From contig NC_052158.1 in NCBI RefSeq assembly GCF_902713615.1, positions 32,529,990 through 32,593,989 on the forward strand: a DNA stretch of 64,000 nucleotides, given 5' to 3'. The translations under genes were made by a program, and so were the position numbers. A model generated the notes under the pieces. The model was not told the origin of the DNA, did not search any database, and saw only the letters and a list, made by a program, of their open reading frames with translations. The stretch comes from Scyliorhinus canicula. Lineage: Eukaryota. Positions 23,537 to 34,870 of this stretch are shown here, piece after piece; within the stretch, counting starts at the first letter, position 1; every line of letters begins with the position of its first letter.

Positions 23537-24140
23537 GAGGGCAGCAGAGCAGAGCTATGGATCATCTGTTCTGGGGAAATTTGCATACGTGCAGTGCTGT
23601 CAGCCAAATTTGAAGGTGTACCTGCGAAGGAGACCCGAGGAGTTTGAGTGAAGGAAAGCATCCAGCAGAGGGCAGCAGAGCAGAGCTACTGATCATCTGT
23701 TCTGGGGAAATTTGCATACGTGCAGTGCGGTCAGCCTAATTTGAAGGTGTACCTGTGAAGGAGACCCTAGGAGTTTCAGTGAAGGAAAGCATCCAGCAGA
23801 GGGCAGCAGAGCACAGCGACTGATCATCTGTTCTGGGGAAATTTGCATACGTGCAGTGCGGTCAGCCTAATTTGAAGGTGTACCTGTGAAGGAGACCCGA
23901 GGAGTTTTAGTGAAGTCAAGAATCCAGCAGAGGGCAGCAGAGCAGAGCTACTGATCAACTGTTCTGGGGAAATTTGCATACGTGCAGTGCGGTCAGCCAA
24001 ATTTGAAGGTGTACCTGTGAAGGAGACCCGAGGAGTTTGAGGGAAGGCAAGCATCCAGCAGAGGGCAGCAGAGCACAGCTACTGATCATCTGTTCTGGGG
24101 AAATTTGCATACGTGCAGTGCGGTCAGCCTAATTTGAAGG
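23537..24140 (+). repeat. 131-bp tandem monomers (about 4.6 copies) at the CR1 5' end
   Basis: Unit starts at 23537, 23668, 23799, 23930 and 24061. Confidence 0.95.
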
Positions 24141-25616
24141 TGGTTTGTGGAGGGGCTGTTGTCTAGTGACAGTTAAACCCGAAACACTTCGTCGGTGTTT
24201 CCCACCCTGCCTCCTCCTCTAACCAAAAATAAACCACGGTCATTGGGAAGCGGGAGCAGGGGCCTGTCGTGAAGGTGAGTGAGTGCCTTTAAATTTGCTT
24301 ACCTTTCAGCGGGAGCAGGGTTTGAGGGAATATCAGGTAAGCTCTTCCTTTCTTTTTCTTGCTTTTAAAAAAAATCTAGAGGTGATGTCAGGGAAGGCAG
24401 TACAATGCTCCTCCTGTGGACTGTTTGAGGTGAGGGACACCGTCAGTGTCCCTGCTGATTTCATCTGTGGGAAGTGCACCCAACTCCAGCTCCTCAAAAG
24501 CCGTGTTAGGGACCTGGAGCTTGAGCTGGATGAACTTCGGATCATTTGGAAGGCAGAGGGGGTCATAGATAGAAGCTTCAGGGAAGTAGTTACACCAAAG
24601 ACTGGAGATAGATGGGTAACTGTAAGAGGGACTGGGAAGAAGCAGTCAGTGCAGGGACCCCCTGCGGTCGTTCCCCTGAGTAACAAGTATACCGTTTTGG
24701 ATACTTTTGGGGGGATGACTCACCAGGGGTAAGCCATGGGGTATGGGCCTCTGGCACGGAGTCTGTCCCTGTTGCTCAGAAGGGAAGGGGGGAAAGGAGT
24801 AGAACATTAGTAATTGGGGACTCAATAGTCAGGGGCACAGATAGGAGATTTTGTGGGAGCGAGAGAGACTCACGTTTGGTATGTTGCCTCCCAGGTGCAA
24901 GGGTACGTGATGTCTCGGATCGTGTTTTCCGGGTCCTTAAGAGGGTGGGGGAGCAGCCCCAAGTCGTAGTCCACATTGGCACTAACGGCATAGGTAGGAA
25001 AGGGGACAAGGATGTCAGGCAGACCTTTAGGGAGCTAGGATCGAAGCTCAGAGCGAGAACAAACAGAGTTGTTATTTCTGGGTTGTTGCCCGTGCCACGT
25101 GATAGTGAGACGAGGAATAAGGAGAGAGAGCAATTAAACACGTGGCTACAGGGATGGTGCAGGCAGGAGGGATTCAGATTTCTGGATTACTGGGGCTCTT
25201 TCTGGGGAAGGTGGGACCTCTATAGACAGGATGGTCTACATCTGAACCTGAGGGGCACCAATATCCTGGGGGGGGGGGAGATTTGTTAGTGCTCTTTGGG
25301 GGGGTTTAAACTAATTCAGCAGGGGCATGGGAACTTGGATTGTAGTTTTGGGGTACGGGAGATTGAGAGTATAGAGGTCAGGAGCACAGATTTGACTTCG
25401 CAGGAGGATGCCAGTGTTCAGTTAGGTGGTTTGAAGTGTGTCTACTTCAATGCCAGGAGTATACGAAATAAGGTAGGGGAACTGGCAGCATGGGTTGGTA
25501 CCTGGGACTTCGATGTTGTGGCCATTTCAGAGACATGGATAGAGCAGGGACAGGAATGGTTGTTGCAGTTTCCGGGGTTTAGGTGTTTTAGTAAGCTCAG
25601 AGAAGTGGGCAAAACA

Positions 25617-26992
25617 TAGAACATAGAACGATACAGCGCAGTACAGGCCCTTCGGCCCTCGATGTTGCACCGACATGGAAAAAATCTAAAGGCCATCTAA
25701 CCTACACTATGCCCTTATCATCCATATGCTTATCCAATAAATTTTTAAATGCCCTCAATGTTGGCGAGTTCACTACTGTTGCAGGTAGGGCATTCCACGG
25801 CCTCACCACTCTTTGCGTAAAAAACCCACCTCTGACCTCTGTCCTATATCTATTACCCCTCAATTTAAGGCTATGTCCCCTTGTGCTAGCCACCTCCATC
25901 CGCGGGAGAAGGCTCTCGCTGTCCACCCTATCTACCCTCTGATCATTTTGTATGCCTCTATTAAGTCACCTCTTAACCTTCTTCTCTCTAACGAAAACAA
26001 CCTCAAGTCCATCAGCCTTTCCTCATAAGATTTTCCCTCCATACCAGGCAACATCCTGGTAAATCTCCTCTGCACCCGTTCCAAAGCTTCCACGTCCTTC
26101 CTATAATGAGGCGACCAGAACTGTACGCAATACTGCAAATGCGGCCGTACTAGAGTTTTGTACAACTGCAACATGACCTCATGGCTCCGGAACTCAATCC
26201 CTCTACCAATAAAGGCCAACACACCATAGGCCTTCTTCACAACCCTATCAACCTGGGTGACAACTTTCAGGGATCTATGTACATGGACACCGAGATCCCT
26301 CTGCTCATCCACACTACCAAGAATTTTACCATTAGCCAAATATTCCGCATTCCTGTTATTCTTTCCAAAGTGAATCACCTCCCACTTCTCCACATTAAAC
26401 TCCATTTGCCACCTCTCAGCCCAGCTCTGCAGCTTATCTATGTCCCTCTGTAACCTGCAACATCCTTCCGCACTGTCTACAACTCCACCGACTTTAGTGT
26501 CGTCTGCAAATTTACTCACCCATCCTTCTGCGCCCTCCTCTCGGTCATTTATAAAAATGACAAACAGCAACGACCCCAGAAAAGATCCTTGTGGTACGCC
26601 ACTCGTAACTGAACTCCATTCTGAAAATTTTCCATCAACTACCACTCTCTGTCCTCTTTCAACTAGCCAATTTCTGATCCACATCTCTAAATCACCCTCA
26701 ATCCCCAGCCTCCGTATTTTCTGCAATAGCCGACCGTGGGGAACCTTATCAAACGCTTTACTGAAATCCATATACACCACATCAACTGCTCTACCCTCGT
26801 CTACCTGTTCAGTCACCTTCTCAAAGAACTCGATAAGGTTTGTGAGGCATGACCTACCCTTCACAAAACCATGCTGACTATCCCTAATCATATTATTCCT
26901 ATCTAGATGATTATAAATCGTATCTTTTATAATCCTCTCCAAGACTTTACCCACCACAGACGTTAGGCTCACCGGCCTATAGTTACCGGGGT
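25617..26992 (-). mobile_element. Second, 5'-truncated CR1 (RT to 3' tail), antisense inside the first
   Basis: Minus ORFs read NPGNYRPVSLTSVVGK...DFSKAFDKVPH...GVPQGS...KFADDTK through to FFTQRVVRPWNALP; the tail TTCTATGTTCTA is at the left end. Confidence 0.9.
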
Positions 26993-27899
26993 TGGTGAGG
27001 CCGTGGAATGCCCTTCCTGCAACAGTAGTGCACTCGCCAACATTGAGGGCATTTAAAAGTTTATTGGATAAGCGTATGGATGATAATGGCATAGTGTAGG
27101 TTAGATGGCCTTTAGTTTTTGACTTCCCATGTCGGTGCAACATCGTGGGCTGAAGGGCCTGTACTGCGCTGTATCATTCTATGTTCGATGTTCTATATGC
27201 ATTCAAGTTGCATCAAGTTTCACAGACATACAACCAAATAAGGCAACGGTACAAATGCAAAGCTCCCAGAGGCTTTCCCCACATTCCTTAACCTGGCCTG
27301 AGGCCCCTTTTCCCAGTATCCCTGGCAACAAAGAAATGGTCTTCGTGGCTGCCCATCCCCCTCTTCCTGCCTTGAATCCCAGTTGATGTTTAAAATCCAC
27401 TAACCTAACTCCTTATTCTGCTGCAGTAAAGTTTTACTCCTAATGTGGCCTAACTACCCATTATGCCTTTCTATTCATTTCCTCACCCTAATAATGGAGT
27501 ATAGAATCCCGCCACCAGCTCAGTCTGCTGGGGGACTGGAGTATCCTGGGCAATATTTATTTTTCAGTGAATGATGCACCACCGAAAACACATGGCTGTG
27601 AAACCGGAGAATCCTACCCGGGATTTCCCATTGTAACCACCCCACACCGCCGGGAAACCCATGGGTTGCGGTGCACTGCCAGTGGGAAAAGAGAATCCTG
27701 ACAATTGGAGAATTCCAGTCAGTGTTGTCTCTGTAAAGCCCTCAGTACAAAACTGATGCCACGCTGGTGGGGAACATCTTTCAAGAATGAAATTATCTCC
27801 AATCTATATTGAGAGGGAATAATAAAATTATAACGGCAAACACAGATTTCAAAAGGAAGGTGGTGCTTGTCAACGTTCCAAGCATTATTAGAAGATATA

Positions 27900-30800
27900 A
27901 CCGATATGGTGATGGGGAATTGTGGTGGATGTTGTGTACATGGACTTTAGGAAAGGCATTGAAACATTACCACATGTGGGTTTATTAATACAGGTTCAAA
28001 TCCCACCATGGTGGAATTTAAATTCAATGAATTAATTTTATATTAAGAGTGCGTCTTGGTAACAATGACCATGGAACTATTGTAAAATTTCATCTAATTC
28101 AGGAATGCCCTTTACGGAAGGAAATCTTCTTTCCTTACTGTGTTGGCTAACATGTACATTTTAAAATATGCCACTTTTAGATTAATTTTCCCAGCAAAGA
28201 TAAAGCATTCATTTTAGAAGCTATCGCCGACAGATATTTTTAAAGAAGGGCCATTGCATTTCTGTATTTTCCAAAATTCAGCAGTTCAACACATTGCATA
28301 GTTATATATTGAAACATGTGTCATCAGATTAATTGAGAACAATAAATATTCCACAGTGAAAAAGGTTTAGAGGGAGCGGAATTCTTAAAGTGCATCCAGG
28401 AGAGCTTTTTAAGCCAGTACAAAGAAGGATTTACAAGAGAGGGCACGGTCTCAGATTTAATTTTAGGTAACAAAGCCGGGAAGTGGTTTAAGTATCAGTG
28501 GGGGAGAAGTTTGCAGACAGTGATCATAAAAGGAAATGATCAGTGATCAGGAAGGAAATAGGGAGAGTACAGGGTCATTATTTTTCAATCAAGAAAAAAG
28601 GTGGGACCAAGAAATCTAGTGAACCCTGGATATCAAGGGATATACAGCATTGAATAAGGAGAAAAAGGGAGACTTATGGCAGATATTGAGAGTTCAAAAC
28701 AACAGAAGCCCAAGAGGTGTACAGAATGTGCAAAAGGGAACTTAAAAAGGAAATTAAGAGAGCAAAAAGGGGATATGAAAGTATACTCGCAGGTAAGTTA
28801 TTTTACAAGTTCGTGAAGGGTAAAAGTATAACTAGGAAAAGAGTAGGCCCATTAATGACCGTAGTGATAATTTGTTCATGGAGTCAGAAGGAGTAGTAGG
28901 GTTCTAAATGAATACTTTGTGTCAGTGTTCAAGTGTGTGGCACAGTAGCACAGTGGTTAACACTGTTGCTTCACAGCGCCAGGGTCCCAGGTTCGATTCC
29001 CGGCTTGGGCCAATGTCTGTGAGGAGTCTGCACTTCTATGTCTGCGTGGGCTTCCTCCGGGTGCTCTGGTTTCCTCCAAATCCTGAAAGCTGTGCTGTTC
29101 GGTTAATTGGACATTCTGAATTCTTCCTCTGTGTAGCCGAACAGGTGTTGGAATGTGGCGACCAGGGGATTTTCATAGCAACTTCATTGCAGTGTTAATA
29201 TAAGCCTACTTCTGACAATAGTGAAGATTATTATTATTATTAATAATTGTGAGAGGGACAGTGTGGGTATAGAAATCAGCAGGAAGGACAATGATAAAAT
29301 TAAAGAGAATAACATAGACAGAGAGGAGGTTCTGAGTGGTGGCAGGCTTAAAAGTACAAAAATTCCCAGAGTCAGATGAAATGTGTCCCAGGCGTGAGAC
29401 AAGGGAGGAAACAGCAGGGACAATGGCAACAATTTTCAATCCCTCACTAGCCACCGAAGAGTTGCCGGAGAACCAGAGGATAACCAATGTGATACCATTA
29501 TTCAAGAAGAGAGGAAGGGATAAACCAGGAAACTACAGGCCAGTCAGTCTAACCTCAGTAGTGGGTAAACTATTGCAAGCTATTCTGAGAGACAGAATTA
29601 AACTTCAATTGGAAAGGCAGGGATTAATCAAGAACAGCCAGCCAATATTTTTCGAAGATCAGTGCGTAAATGAGGGAAATGCATTTGATGTTGTCTACTT
29701 GAACTTCAGCAAAGCTTTTGATAAGGTCCCACATAGGATCCGAGGTAGTTTGGGATCCAGAATTGGCTGAGTGGCAGGAAGCAGAGGGTGATGGTCAAGG
29801 GTGTTTTTCTGACTGGAAGCCTGTGTCCAGTGGGGTCCCGCAGGGATCGGTGTTGGGGTTCTTGTAGTTTGTGGTTTATATAAATTGTTTAGAAGTGGAT
29901 GTAGAGGGAGTTGATCAGTAATTTTGTGGATGAAAAGTTTGGTGTGTTGGTAAATAATGAAGAGGAGAGCCTTAGATTACAGGGGGAGATAGACAAGCTG
30001 GTCAGATGGGCTGATCAGTGGCAAATGGAATTCAATCTGTATAAGTGTGAGCTGATGCACTTGGGCAGGATAAAGAAGGCAAGGGAAAATATATTAAATG
30101 GCAGAATCCCGGGAAACACCAAGGATCAGAGGGACCTTGGTGTGCTTGTACACCAGTTTCTTAAGGTAGCAGAGCAGGTGGATGCAGTGGTTAAGAAGGC
30201 ATTTGGTATACTGAACCTTAATTAGCTGAGGCATGGAATAAAGAACAGGGAGGTTATGCTGGAACTGTATAAATTGTTGCTTAGGTCACAGCACGAGTAT
30301 TGTGTGTAGTTCTGGAATCCATATTATAGGAGGGGTGACAGCACTTGAAAGGGTATAGAGGAGATTTACCAGGATGTTGCCTGGACTGGAGAGTTGTTAG
30401 GCAGAGTGATGGGATAGACTGGGGTTGTTTTCTTTATAGCAGAAAAGTATGAGAGGGGACATGATTGAGATGTATAAAATTATGAGGGACATAAATTGGA
30501 GTAGACAGGAAGACACCTTTCCCCTTGGTACAGGGATCAATGACCAAGGGGAATAGATCTAAGGTAAGGGGCAGGAGATTTAGAAGGAATGTGAGGAAAA
30601 AACTTTTCAACCGGAGGGTGGTGGGAGTCTGAAACTCATTGCTTGAGAGGGTGGTGGAGACAACAAACATCATAACAGAAATATTTAAATGTGACGCCAA
30701 GACATACAATGCTATGGGCCCAGTGCTAGAAAAGTGGACTAGAATAGTTAGGTGGTTGTTTTTGACTACTTCAGACACGATGGGCCGAAGGGCTCTTTCT
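27900..30800 (+). mobile_element. Decayed CR1 fragments with a tRNA-SINE inserted at ~28937-29240
   Basis: KPGNYRPVSLTSVVGK, FSKAFDKVPH and QMEFN motifs; SINE A/B boxes and a TTATTA tail. Confidence 0.8.
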
Positions 30801-32217
30801 GAGCTGTAGACCTCTTATGACTCTGTGTCTTAATATAATCATTGAATTGATCCTTATCAGCAGAGCTGACGTTGAACATTCACACGTGTAAGTAATCTGG
30901 AGGCCCAGCCTAATGCTCTGGGATCACAAGTTCAAATCTCACCTCTTAAGTTATAATTATAAGTTATAGTTTCTTAAAACTTGTTTACAGGTGAATGTTG
31001 AATGTATGCAATACCAACTTTCCAGTATGCTGGTATTACAGACATGCATGCTGATTTGTAATGGTAGCAGGATGAATATTGGCCAACACCCAGAGTGCGG
31101 TAATTTAGATATGTTTTATAACTGGATTATGATTCTTTGCCTCCTTCCCATAGTGGGTCGATTTATATTGGTTGTTGACCATCTTCAATCCCAGTCAACA
31201 CTGTTCTACCTATGCCAATTTACTTTTTATTTTGGCTGATTCACCTGAAGCGTTCCCTCACAGAAGCACAATATTGGTTTAAAAATACTTTTTTATGGGA
31301 TGAACTCGACGCTGACAAATTTACTGAAGATGGGATTTACTTGTACAATGAAGCTTAGTGACCTAACCACAAAGTAAAGAGTTCGGACACGTTAAGACAA
31401 ATACTGCAAGAAGACAAATGGCCATATATTCCAATATGTGTAGCTATGGTAAAAACAGATGATGACAACTAGCAAGGGACTCTGCACTTGATTAAAAATA
31501 ATTATTTGTTCTATTCTCAGGACTGAATTTAAATATTCACATAACTTTATATTAGACATGTTTGTGAAAATGTATTCTGTCATAAAGATAGCACAAACGT
31601 GTAAGACGTTTTTTAAAACTAAGATTTTCATCTTTAAGATTGCGACACAAAATGGTAGCAAAGAAATGACACTGATATTTCTGATCAGTAACTGAATATC
31701 TAAGGTTAAATAGAAAAAGCTCAGTGTTAATACGTTTATAAAAGTTGTTTTCGAAATTAGATACAAAAAAACACACTGAATAGTCCATTGTTCTAAACAA
31801 AACGATAAGACACCGATTACCACATGGAAAGAAAGGTACTGAACCTCGCCTGAAGTTAAAAATCTAAATTCTAGAAACACCTTCGGTTAGCTGTATTCTC
31901 ACAAGAGAATAATTGTTCAACGGAAGGACTCACAAATCTGATTAACCCACTGAGAGTTGCAAATATGTGTTGGCTAAACTAAATACATTTCATTTTTTTT
32001 ATTATGAGCTTAAAATTACTCTTATTATGAGCTTAAAATTACTCTATCGTGGAAAGATGATGGGGTGATTTTAATTACAGCCACCTATTCTACCATAATA
32101 AAACAGAGGGTTTATTTGTATGGACAATTGCTTGTAACATTGATCTTGACTAACTCTGTATAACTCCTTTATTCTCTGATACAACTCTTCAAATTTATAT
32201 TTCTCTTTCAACAATAT

Positions 32218-33105
32218 GGACGGGATTCTCCGTTAGTCGATGCCAAAATGAGGAAAGGCGGTTGGGTGGAAAATCGGTTCCGACGCCAAATCGCAATGCT
32301 CCAGCAACTCGATAGCGGCATCATTGCATTCCGGAATGCACGTACAGTAGACATCATATGCATATTATTTGTGGGCCTGACCCAGTATTCTCCTGGACCT
32401 ATGTGATTCTCCACGTCCGATGGGCCGAGTTCCTGATGATGCGGTTCACTTGTGCTTTTAGGAATCGCGAAACTGGTGTGGCGGCTGCTGAGGGCGAGAG
32501 AGTTGGGAGGGAAAGTGTCCAACTTTGCCATAGTTTGCTGACAGTTGTGCTGCTGGCCGAGGGCCTTCTGCCATGGCTGAGGGGGCGGGGGGGGGGGGGG
32601 GTTGGGGAGAGTAGCGGAGAGGGGGGTTTGGGGAGAGTAATGGGGGGGTGGGCAGAGGTGAGCTATGGGGTCAGAGTGGATGGGCAGGGAACACTATTGC
32701 CGCAGTTGGGAATGCAGTCATGCAGCTGCGCACACCGCTAACAGCCTACTTTGAGCTTAGTGTAACGGGTCTTTTAGGTGTCCCCCTGGGATACATCTCC
32801 CCTGGGTGACCCATCAACTGTATGGGCATGCTACAGCAATCAATTCTATCTTGTTGGCTGGGATAAGTGTGTAGGGAGTGTGATGTGCATGTGCAGCTGC
32901 AGCTTATCAACCTCCTGTGTGTCAATCACGGACCTGACGAATCTTACAGTTTTTCATTGGACTTGATTGTGTTCCACACGACACCAGTGCTAGCACCTGA
33001 ACAGTAGCGGAATCAATCCAGGTGTGCTGCCGGTTTTTCTGTTGTAAAAATCCAAGGATTCTGCGTAGGCGTCAACACTTAGTCTCAGAAACAGGTAATC
33101 CCACC
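32218..33105. mobile_element. Non-autonomous Harbinger-type element (MITE)
   Basis: Ends GGACGGGATTCTCC...GGTAATCCCACC, the same terminal family as 13600-14253. Confidence 0.65.
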
Positions 33106-33416
33106 TCACTTCTTTGAGTTTGTTATCTGAAGAGTCTTATTTGAAGCAAATAGCTGGTGATTTGGGGTGACTCCAGTTGGGCACTGTCATAATAATGAAG
33201 GACAAATCATTGAATTGGAAATATTAGACTTTAAGTAAGATCTGAGATATTTTGAAAAATGGACACACATGCCACTGGCTAAATTGCTGTAGGGCGATAC
33301 TCAGACAATGGAATCCCACTGTGTTACCAGACAAGGCACTTCTAAATCATTTCAAAATGAATTGTGATCTTTGGTCGCTACAAGGGGCAACATTTTCACA
33401 ATAAAGTAATTGCAGT

Positions 33417-34870
33417 TGTTTTTGAAAACTCACTACTATTCTTAGAATTCCCCCTATACCAAAAAGGGCCAATATTCTAAATGGTGAACATGGATTCTCA
33501 CTCCCTGACTCCGATGCAGGCTTCGGTGGGTGCTATTCAGGTCAAACTATATTTTCAAGTTATCCCCCAGTATAACCCATACCTTCATCGAAGATTTTAT
33601 CTACTTACCACTTAGTAGCATCGATGTCCTGGGTCCTGCATTGCTAAGTAAGTAACGTAGACTTTAGGAAAAAAACACTTTTTCAGGTTAAGTTAACTTA
33701 TTTTATTATTATATTTTTTCTTTTAAAAGCTGCAAACACTTTCTTTACAGAAAGGTAAAAAGATCTTGCTTCTGGATCCTTCCTGTTGGTTGAAGGGACC
33801 TTCAGGCCCAACTTGACACTCAATCTTCTTTAAATTCTGGTCTTCTTGGGAAGTATTCGCTGGTTAGCTCTGTTGCTGTCTTGTTGATCCATGTACTGAG
33901 CTATAAGAGCTAACTCTGCTAGCTATCTCTAAGCTGACTCTGGCTCCTGTTTAAATTCTAGTCTTCCTTAGATGTATAACTGTTTAAACTCGGCTGCTTG
34001 CCTTGTCTTTCCCATGACCGAGCTCTCTCTCTCTCTCTCAGTTCTCCTCCCCTTCTCTCCTGTTACTGTTGCTCTGCTCTGTGGTTGTTGCTGCTGCTCC
34101 CTGGGTTTATATTCTCTTCCTAACAATTATTAAGTTTTTAGAGCCTTATGGTAAATTAACTTATTTCCCTTTGATTGTTAAAAAGTATCTTTGATGTAAA
34201 CATTTGAATACAACTAATTATTCATTTTGGGCATAACGTCACCTCAGATCTGATTACATTATCCTTTGTGATGTTCAAAGTTCCTTTGGTTTCAATAGGT
34301 GTTGGTCTCCACTTCTGTGCTTTCGAATTGCTTAATTTTCCAATTGTCCCCAGCTCATAACTTTGCCTTTGATTTTGACTTTAAATTGTGTCTCCCGTAG
34401 ACAGGTCGTCTCCAATTTTCTTTTAATTAACTTGATGTTCGTAGAATTTTACACTTTAGAATTGACACCAAATTCGACTGAGCATCTTCCATCCTTTCCA
34501 GCTGTTTACTAAGAGTGTATTTCAATTAAGGTGTGAGACTTTGCTTTTAGCTGTATGCTAAAATTTAACTTGGTTATGACTTGAAAGACCTGCCTATTTT
34601 AAACATTCGTCAATTGAAACTCTCATCCATGCCTTTCCAGATACTTCCTGAGATAGTTACATTCCATGAAGGTGTGAGCCATTGTTTTAGCTTACCACGT
34701 GAAACCTGTGTGTTTGATAAGCCTACTTGTGAGCAATAATCTGCATTTTACATCCTGCTCTTTGCAGCTGCTATTATCCTTTTGTGGGATCTTTCCCTGT
34801 ATCCTCTCAGACCAGATATTGCCAGACTTCCTTGTATCAAATGACACATTGTTCTGTATTTTCAAGAACA
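33417..34870 (-). repeat. 3' LTR of provirus 2 (1454 bp)
   Basis: Direct repeat of 38522-39593 with an extra 393 bp (34372-34764); weak purine tract at 34871-34879. Confidence 0.9.

Larger units (their letters stand above)
23537..27194 (+). mobile_element. CR1 LINE with intact 5' end (monomer array, ORF1, start of ORF2), rearranged, TSD ATATGCA
   Basis: ATATGCA at 23530-23536 and 27195-27201. ORF1 from ATG 24385 has a CxxC...CxxC motif and a coiled coil, then an SGNH esterase (IGDS, HIGTN, DGLH). The ORF2 endonuclease start reads CVYFNARSIRNK...DVVAISETW. The 3' end is at 26993-27194. Confidence 0.9.
16237..27485 (-). mobile_element. Endogenous retrovirus (provirus 1), defective and chimeric, with 4-bp TSD CCCT
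   Basis: Paired LTRs (TGAGGAAATG...GGATTGTCA on the - strand); CCCT at 16233-16236 and 27486-27489; PBS and PPT present; integrase and RT motifs inside. Confidence 0.9.
23342..27485 (-). repeat. 5' LTR of provirus 1, split by a CR1 insertion (LTR parts 23342-23536 and 27195-27485)
   Basis: Both halves match the 3' LTR. Confidence 0.88.

Noticed and set aside
23537-24140. Regular repeats here and at 38205-38382 as CRISPR-like arrays
   Set aside because: Eukaryotic DNA; the units are contiguous tandem copies or leader motifs without unique fixed-length spacers or cas genes.
30981-31370. Acceptor-like TTACAG followed by partly open frames in unique DNA
   Set aside because: No recognisable protein motif, multiple stops and no matching donor.
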